Shown here in pieces: positions 58,989 to 64,000 of a DNA stretch of 64,000 nt. Position numbers and translations under genes: made by a program. The notes under the pieces are model-generated. The model made no database searches, was not told the origin of the DNA, and saw nothing but the letters and a program-made list of their open reading frames with translations. Positions within the stretch are counted from its first letter, which is position 1. Every line of letters starts with the position of its first letter. Source of the DNA: Oculina patagonica (Eukaryota); the NCBI RefSeq assembly GCF_052425735.1, contig NC_135761.1:62496001-62560000 (forward strand), read 5' to 3'.

Positions 58989-59200
58989 GTTTTTCTAGCT
59001 CTCTCTTCTAGTGTCTGGATCAATTCGCTGAAGTAAGTCTCGTTATATTCTCTCACGAATTTCCACATCTGTCGCTTTTCGGCCAAATGTAGCACGGTTT
59101 GCATGGCCTCGTAGTCCATGTCCTCTTCTCTCATACGCTCGAAATGACGACTGCACAAGTCCAAGAACGCGAGCCACACGTGATCGTTACGTACGAACAT
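58961..59200 (-). CDS. Viral hypothetical protein, 79 aa
   Basis: ATG ORF overlapping the ATPase stop and the next start. Confidence 0.6.
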   Translation of the reverse strand: MFVRNDHVWLAFLDLCSRHFERMREEDMDYEAMQTVLHLAEKRQMWKFVREYNETYFSELIQTLEERARKTCQDIRQQE

Positions 59201-59852
59201 CTGGAACGAATCTGTAACATCTCATGCATCCCTCGTCTTTTAAGAGGTGGCTAAAAATCCGTCTGTCGTCGCCACTGGCAGGGTGTAGATCCAATACCAT
59301 GTAACCAAAGGGTCTTTCCGTCGTCTTGGTGTAGACGTCCATCACATCTTGCCATCGGGAGGGAAACGCTTGTAACAGTAAATTCCTCATGCCCAATTGA
59401 TCGCGAGGGTTCTTGAAAGCCACGATGTAATGCGCATTTCGAGAAATGCTCTTGGCGTATTTTCCCGGCGGAAACATGTCTTGACACAAGTACAGGACGG
59501 TGATGTTCCTGTGGTGGGAAAGTTTGGTGAACAGATCCAATACTCTCTTGTCGTTTCCTCCTTCTTCCATCAGATCGTCCAATACCATCACCCCTCCACG
59601 GGGAAACCATTTGGTCAAATCTACTTCTTCGGGAATCCCTTCGTGAAATTTCACGCCTCGCTTTTTCATGTTCGCGAAACCGTCTTGCCAAGCCCCAAAA
59701 CAGTAATGAATGGTCTCAGGGGGTGTACTAAACAACTCTTTTGAGTGATTCAAAAGTACCGACTCGGTAAAACAAGTCTTTCCGCAGCTAGAGGGGCCCA
59801 CGATCAAAATGCTAGAGGGCATCCGAAAGCTAAAGGCTTCACCGCGCTCCAT
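59187..59852 (-). CDS. FtsK/HerA-superfamily (A32-like) DNA packaging ATPase
   Basis: Walker A GPSSCGKT, Walker B MVLDD, SHHRNITVLYLCQ, ISRNAHYIVAFKNPRD. Probable ATG at 59852. Confidence 0.92.
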   Translation of the reverse strand: MERGEAFSFRMPSSILIVGPSSCGKTCFTESVLLNHSKELFSTPPETIHYCFGAWQDGFANMKKRGVKFHEGIPEEVDLTKWFPRGGVMVLDDLMEEGGNDKRVLDLFTKLSHHRNITVLYLCQDMFPPGKYAKSISRNAHYIVAFKNPRDQLGMRNLLLQAFPSRWQDVMDVYTKTTERPFGYMVLDLHPASGDDRRIFSHLLKDEGCMRCYRFVPDVRT

Positions 59853-59859
59853 GGCGAAA

Positions 59860-59975
59860 TGACATTCGTCAAAAAACGAGCAATGATATAAGCATGTTGC
59901 AGAAAAAAAGTCTGCAACGAATCCCGATCTCCCGAGCGACAGACGACACACACCTTATTTATTTCAACGTTTTTA
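59860..59975 (-). promoter_or_regulatory. Viral intergenic region: poly(A) signal for the upstream block and TATA-like element for the ATPase block
   Basis: AATAAA overlaps the protease stop with a second AATAAA downstream; CTTATAT lies ~35-40 bp upstream of the ATPase ATG. Confidence 0.45.
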
Positions 59976-60554
59976 TTTGTCATCTCCCAACAACAAGTGT
60001 CTTACACCGCAGAGAGACGGTTCACAATCCTGATGGTATTCCATCTTACAAATTTTGTGCCACGACCTTTCCTTCGAGATCAATTGCTTCAACATTTGCC
60101 CAACTTTATGATCATTGTACACGTAATCGTGTTTCTTGAATCTCGCTTCGAATTGACTCATGCTACGTCCTTCGGCCCTATCGATGAGATACATCAACGC
60201 GTAATCGCCGCAGCTCTGACTGAACAACGATTGTAGACTCTGTCCGTTGCGCTCCACGTACTTCCAATGAGCGTCCAACCAATCTTGCAACGGTTGCGCC
60301 GTCTGGTACACCTCCAGGGGTAAGGCGTAACTGTCCAACACTTCGCACACGTTTCCATTCGTCCACAACGCGATCCAATGCCGACCGCGCATGTAGTGAG
60401 GATCGGTGTTGACGATGTACCCGCGGGCTTCCGTCTTGAATGGTTTGCGAGGTAATCGATCGCAGGCCACTGTCCCGTAAAAATAAGGTTTCAACGACGG
60501 GTGATGTCTGGCCAACTGATCCAATTGCACGTTATTCAAAGTCACTTTCTCCAT
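59973..60554 (-). CDS. Adenain/Ulp1-like (clan CE) cysteine maturation protease
   Basis: IVNTDP...GRHW (His), LDSY (Asp), LQSLFSQSCGDY (oxyanion Gln, catalytic Cys). Confidence 0.92.
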   Translation of the reverse strand: MEKVTLNNVQLDQLARHHPSLKPYFYGTVACDRLPRKPFKTEARGYIVNTDPHYMRGRHWIALWTNGNVCEVLDSYALPLEVYQTAQPLQDWLDAHWKYVERNGQSLQSLFSQSCGDYALMYLIDRAEGRSMSQFEARFKKHDYVYNDHKVGQMLKQLISKERSWHKICKMEYHQDCEPSLCGVRHLLLGDDK

Positions 60555-60556
60555 CA

Positions 60557-61960
60557 CTAACGCTGGTACACGTCGTACAACACGGCTTTGTTCTTGTCTA
60601 TCTCCAAGAGATTCTCAAACTCTCCGTACACGATGATGGTCAAGTTCACAGCTGGGTTGGCTCCAAAGTTCAGCTCTATTAGTAGATTTCCGGCTTGCTT
60701 GGGGTTCATCCTGTAACTGTCCACGCATCCATTGGCCACGTTGTCGAACACGAACAACGTGCAATTCTTTCCTTGTCCCCAATCGTCACCTCTCACCATG
60801 TTTCCTTGCTGCTTGCACAGGCATCCGGTGGCTTGCAAGAAACGGTGGTACCCTCTGAGATCTTTGGTGGCATCGTTGTGAACCAGTTCTAGCGTCTCGT
60901 AAGGATACTCTTCTCCTCCCACGAGTTGTTTTATGCTGCTCATTCCAAACTTCTGAAAACAGAAGGGATCGTTGACCACGTTCCCGGTGAAGGCTGTGGA
61001 CAGTACCATACCCACGATCACGCGGTTGGGAATTCTTCCTTGGAACAAGTTGGTGCATTCGTACCGTCGTTGATCTCCCTGCATGTTGAAGGTCCGAATC
61101 TCGCTTCTCACGGTCGGGTAACTCACCACTTGACTCTTGGTGGTCATCTCATCCATCAGTCTCCTGTACGTCGTGGGATTGAGACGCACTTGACACAGGT
61201 ACATTCGAACTTTGACTTCCTCGGCCGTCAACTTTCCTGCCAGACCCACTCCGTTCAAGAACACGTCGGGAGAATTGAAGTACATCTGTATTCCTATCTG
61301 CACTCTGGGTACCAACAACTTGCTCAGATGAAACACTTCGATGAGGGGTTTGAAACGCAACACGTGTCGCTTGCCTTCCGTGTAATTGGCTTGTTCTGCT
61401 TTAGAGTTCTTGAGAGCCTCCTTGTGATTGGCGGTCAGGGCTACATAGTCTGCGTGTCCAGCTCCAGCGTTGGCTGCAGTGTTCGTGTTATTGTCCGTCC
61501 ACGTGGCTGGGAAATCGATATGATTGTACCATCCTTGAGGTTTCAAGATGGTTTCTCCATCACGTCTGTCGTAATTCAGCAACGTTTCCAAGAAGGCTCT
61601 GTAATGGTACGTGTCCGTCTGGGGACTGATGAGAGTACCGTTGAGACGCACGCTGATTTGCTTGAACAGAGAATGGGCTAGATTGTTGACGGGCCACAGC
61701 TTGTCGGCAGCTGCCACGTTCTCATCGTTGTCTTTCTTCAGTTGCAATTCTACCTCGAAAAAGCTACGGCTGAGATCGATGTAATCTTCTTGGGGGTCGA
61801 TCTGAAACTCCACCGGATTGATGCCTGTGGTGTAGGTCTGAACGGGGACCATCCGATACGACGAGACGCTGACGTCTGTCGGTGGTACGGCGAATAGATC
61901 CAATCGAGGATTGGCCTCGCGTCTCGACTGCGGGTAGGCGCTCGAGATGGTTTCGGTCAT
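60557..61960 (-). CDS. Major capsid protein (double jelly-roll, hexon-like), ~467 aa
   Basis: LDLFAVPPTD, YIDLSRS, PVNNLAHSLFKQISVRLNG, YRAFLETLLNY, FQGRIPNRVIVGMV, AFTG...PFCFQ are typical Polinton MCP motifs. Probable ATG at 61960 overlaps the upstream stop. Confidence 0.9.
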   Translation of the reverse strand: MTETISSAYPQSRREANPRLDLFAVPPTDVSVSSYRMVPVQTYTTGINPVEFQIDPQEDYIDLSRSFFEVELQLKKDNDENVAAADKLWPVNNLAHSLFKQISVRLNGTLISPQTDTYHYRAFLETLLNYDRRDGETILKPQGWYNHIDFPATWTDNNTNTAANAGAGHADYVALTANHKEALKNSKAEQANYTEGKRHVLRFKPLIEVFHLSKLLVPRVQIGIQMYFNSPDVFLNGVGLAGKLTAEEVKVRMYLCQVRLNPTTYRRLMDEMTTKSQVVSYPTVRSEIRTFNMQGDQRRYECTNLFQGRIPNRVIVGMVLSTAFTGNVVNDPFCFQKFGMSSIKQLVGGEEYPYETLELVHNDATKDLRGYHRFLQATGCLCKQQGNMVRGDDWGQGKNCTLFVFDNVANGCVDSYRMNPKQAGNLLIELNFGANPAVNLTIIVYGEFENLLEIDKNKAVLYDVYQR

Positions 61961-62193
61961 CGTCTTCTCTTCCTTCTTGCACTGCGCTTCCGTAAGGTCT
62001 GTATCCAGTCGTAGCCAGGAGGCTTTCTGACCTCGGGACCTATCCACCCGCCCTTTTGTACTTTTCGTCGTCGGCTCTTTTGTCCCAACAAGGCCTGGTT
62101 CAAAAGTGCCAGTGAGAATCCTTCTCCCCGCTGTCTGACGGGGGCGCGTTTGGATCGGACCAATCTAGACGATCGCGAGTAAACGGGATTCAT
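61957..62193 (-). CDS. Small basic putative core protein
   Basis: Arg-rich with QRGEG and QKGG motifs; ATGA overlaps at both ends. Confidence 0.65.
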   Translation of the reverse strand: MNPVYSRSSRLVRSKRAPVRQRGEGFSLALLNQALLGQKSRRRKVQKGGWIGPEVRKPPGYDWIQTLRKRSARRKRRR

Positions 62194-62447
62194 TTTTCGG
62201 CAAAGATGTCGTTCAGTTTTCTCTTGACGTTTCGTTCTATGACGTTTTTCAGTTTGCGTTTCACGACTCGTTTAGGACCACTCTTGGCTCCTTGACCCGC
62301 TTTACGAATGCGGTCCGCGACGCCGCGCCCACTCTTAAATCCTCTCACGGCTCCACCGAGAGACTCTCTCACGATGTCGGCCAAAAATCCGTTCCCCTCT
62401 TGAGGTGGAGGATCCGGTGTGAAACGCGTCAGGGCACCGCCTCTCAT
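62190..62447 (-). CDS. Small basic putative core protein between mCP and MCP
   Basis: MRGG and QEGNG motifs, Lys/Arg-rich, ends ...NDIF; ATGA overlaps at both ends. Confidence 0.7.
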   Translation of the reverse strand: MRGGALTRFTPDPPPQEGNGFLADIVRESLGGAVRGFKSGRGVADRIRKAGQGAKSGPKRVVKRKLKNVIERNVKRKLNDIFAEK

Positions 62448-63475
62448 GTTCGCTTGATATGTAAGGTCACGATCGTGTTGCCTTCGCCAAAATCCACCAG
62501 TTTACCTGTAGTCTCGCTCACTTGCGTTTCAATAATGTCCACGATCTGGTTGCGGAGTGGAATATATTGTATGTGGAGAGGTTCAAAGTACTTGATACCT
62601 TTTCCTTCACGTTGAAAGTGAATTTCCCGCAACAGATCCGTGACTTGATTTCCCACAACGGAACTACCACCCACGTCTGAGTAAACGAAAAGCGTACGCG
62701 ATGCATCTCCAATCACTTTTTGGAAGGCTCTGTTGAGTTTCACAAAGCGCCAGTTGCAATAGCAACTCAAGAAAAGCTGTCCATTCTCAACAACCCAGAA
62801 ATTTTTCTTGCCCTCTCCAAAATCATCCACGTCTATGGGATCGGGTATCGTAGCCTGGTGGCATTCCGGCTTCAGGTTCGGCCCGAGAAACACGTTTTCT
62901 TTCTCGTCCTTTTTTACCCATCCCATGTCAAAGGCCAAATCCTCGTTGAAAGACATGTAATATGGGACGCCTTCAGTTTTCACTTCCGAGACGTCCAAGT
63001 TCGAGTTGTCGAGGACTAGTTCTTCACCTTCCCACTTGAAAGTATATTCCCACTGCTTTCCATTATCGGGCGACTTGGTCAAGTCTCCCACGATACGCTT
63101 GTATTCTTTGACTTGATCGAACTTGAAGACCAGGGCTTTCATGAAACTGAGGCCATCCACGATGTTGTCGTCATATAGAATGTCCTGGAACGTCAGATCG
63201 GTGGTCACCGACTTGCTTTGCACGCGACCCTCGTTGTCTTTGCGCTTGAGCATCCACTGGGCACTCAAGAGAGGAAACTTGAACGACTTAAAGCGAGTTA
63301 AGTCGATGCTGGCATCTGGCACGGAAATGCTACTCAATCCCACTTTCCAACCGGTTCCTTCCAATCGTAGCGGGTGAGGTAATCGCACCTTGAAAGAGTT
63401 TGCTCTATTCTCTGGAAACTCGGTTCCGCTGCTGTGACTGGGTAACGTGACGTAAAATCCTTCCTCGTGGCTCAT
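62444..63475 (-). CDS. Minor capsid protein (single jelly-roll, penton-like)
   Basis: FYVTLPS.S...FPEN.ANSFKVRLP.PL.L...WKVGL..I N-terminus and LFVYSD...VGN....LLR...Y.PL...G..V.F..G...VTLH C-terminus. Confidence 0.88.
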   Translation of the reverse strand: MSHEEGFYVTLPSHSSGTEFPENRANSFKVRLPHPLRLEGTGWKVGLSSISVPDASIDLTRFKSFKFPLLSAQWMLKRKDNEGRVQSKSVTTDLTFQDILYDDNIVDGLSFMKALVFKFDQVKEYKRIVGDLTKSPDNGKQWEYTFKWEGEELVLDNSNLDVSEVKTEGVPYYMSFNEDLAFDMGWVKKDEKENVFLGPNLKPECHQATIPDPIDVDDFGEGKKNFWVVENGQLFLSCYCNWRFVKLNRAFQKVIGDASRTLFVYSDVGGSSVVGNQVTDLLREIHFQREGKGIKYFEPLHIQYIPLRNQIVDIIETQVSETTGKLVDFGEGNTIVTLHIKRT

Positions 63476-64000
63476 GATTTTTTTAGAGCCGTCTTCTCGA
63501 TCCAGCTGTCGTACTTGTCTGGCCAGCCTTTCCAGTGCACCAAGACTTTATTTCCTTTTCGTTTGACGATCTTGTCCACCCTGAAGACATCGTCGTCGGA
63601 CACTGCGACTTTTTGTAGATCTTCCTTGTAAAACGTACCGCGAAGGGGGGTGTCGTCCAACTCTTGGATCTTGTAAGTCGTGACGGGTGGTCCCCGACGC
63701 ACCTCTCGTATCACAAACACTTCTTCGGTCCAGCCGGGTAAATACCCTTTCTCGAACGTGCGAAATTTCTTGTTCAATCTCACGCGTTCTCCTACTTTTA
63801 GCGGGGTTTTTCGTTCTCTTTTACCCGACGACAATCTCTTCGCGTACAGACGTTCCCACACTTTTCCTTCGTTGCTCGCATTCACTGTCTCGGGGCTGGT
63901 GCCGATGCTACGATGGTGGGATCCGTTGTAACCTCTCACCAAGGCCTGGAGTACAGGTAGGTAACTGAGCGTGTTCTTGGCGGTAAAGTATCGGTACATG
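63472..64000 (-). CDS. Retroviral-like (c-)integrase, C-terminal part with chromodomain (5' end outside the window)
   Basis: YNGSHHRSIGTSP, KVGERVR, FEKGYLPGWTEEVF, GTFYKEDLQ, then chromodomain VDKIV...VLVHWKGWPDKYDSWI. Confidence 0.92.
   Translation of the reverse strand, partial: MYRYFTAKNTLSYLPVLQALVRGYNGSHHRSIGTSPETVNASNEGKVWERLYAKRLSSGKRERKTPLKVGERVRLNKKFRTFEKGYLPGWTEEVFVIREVRRGPPVTTYKIQELDDTPLRGTFYKEDLQKVAVSDDDVFRVDKIVKRKGNKVLVHWKGWPDKYDSWIEKTALKKS

Larger units (their letters stand above)
56135..64000 (-). mobile_element. Endogenous Polinton/Maverick-type (adintovirus-like) dsDNA virus, partial
   Basis: Intronless, tightly packed co-directional ORFs, visibly more GC-rich than the host. 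Encodes integrase, mCP, MCP, protease and ATPase. pPolB and TIRs are not in the window. Confidence 0.92.

Noticed and set aside
61961-62047. ORF-track N-terminal extensions (MCP from 62047, ATPase from 59951, ACOT from 4020, 33136, 37083, 39382)
   Set aside because: They rely on non-ATG starts or intron sequence; downstream ATGs or splice acceptors fit homology and gene tiling better.
57582-63968. Plus-strand ORFs within the virus (e.g. 60926-61681, 59397-59744)
   Set aside because: Antisense shadows of well-supported minus-strand genes, mostly with non-ATG starts and no motifs.
56135-64000. Prophage or bacterial contamination suggested by operon-like packing
   Set aside because: A chromodomain integrase, adenain protease and Polinton-type capsids are eukaryotic-virus hallmarks.

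Overview
Eukaryotic animal genomic scaffold: AT-rich, GT-AG introns, two 500-N gaps, and a repeat landscape typical of a marine invertebrate, probably a coral or other cnidarian (inference). Bases 1-40.3 kb are host genes. There are four two-exon type-I acyl-CoA thioesterase / BAAT-like paralogs: two with a Cys nucleophile, two with Ser, one frameshifted, all ending in PTS1-like tripeptides. There is also an 8-exon MPPE1/Cdc1-like metallophosphoesterase that the ORF track misses, and a tandem pair of uncharacterised Cys-rich multipass membrane genes. That pair sits on a gap-bounded 16 kb block that appears to have been scaffolded into the middle of a MITE inside an ACOT intron. Bases 41.5-51.8 kb form a large TIR element with subterminal ATCGCGCCGCG arrays, filled with nested MITEs and foldback elements. 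Bases 51.9-56.0 kb are a degraded Ty3/Gypsy-type retrotransposon interrupted by a solo LTR. Bases 56.1-64 kb are an apparently intact endogenous Polinton/Maverick-type (adintovirus-like) dsDNA virus that runs off the window. It carries a chromo-integrase, minor and major capsids, an adenain-like protease, a packaging ATPase and an expanded set of small basic core-protein genes, one closely resembling adenovirus pX/Mu. All calls come from reading the sequence and recalling family motifs; no searches were run.
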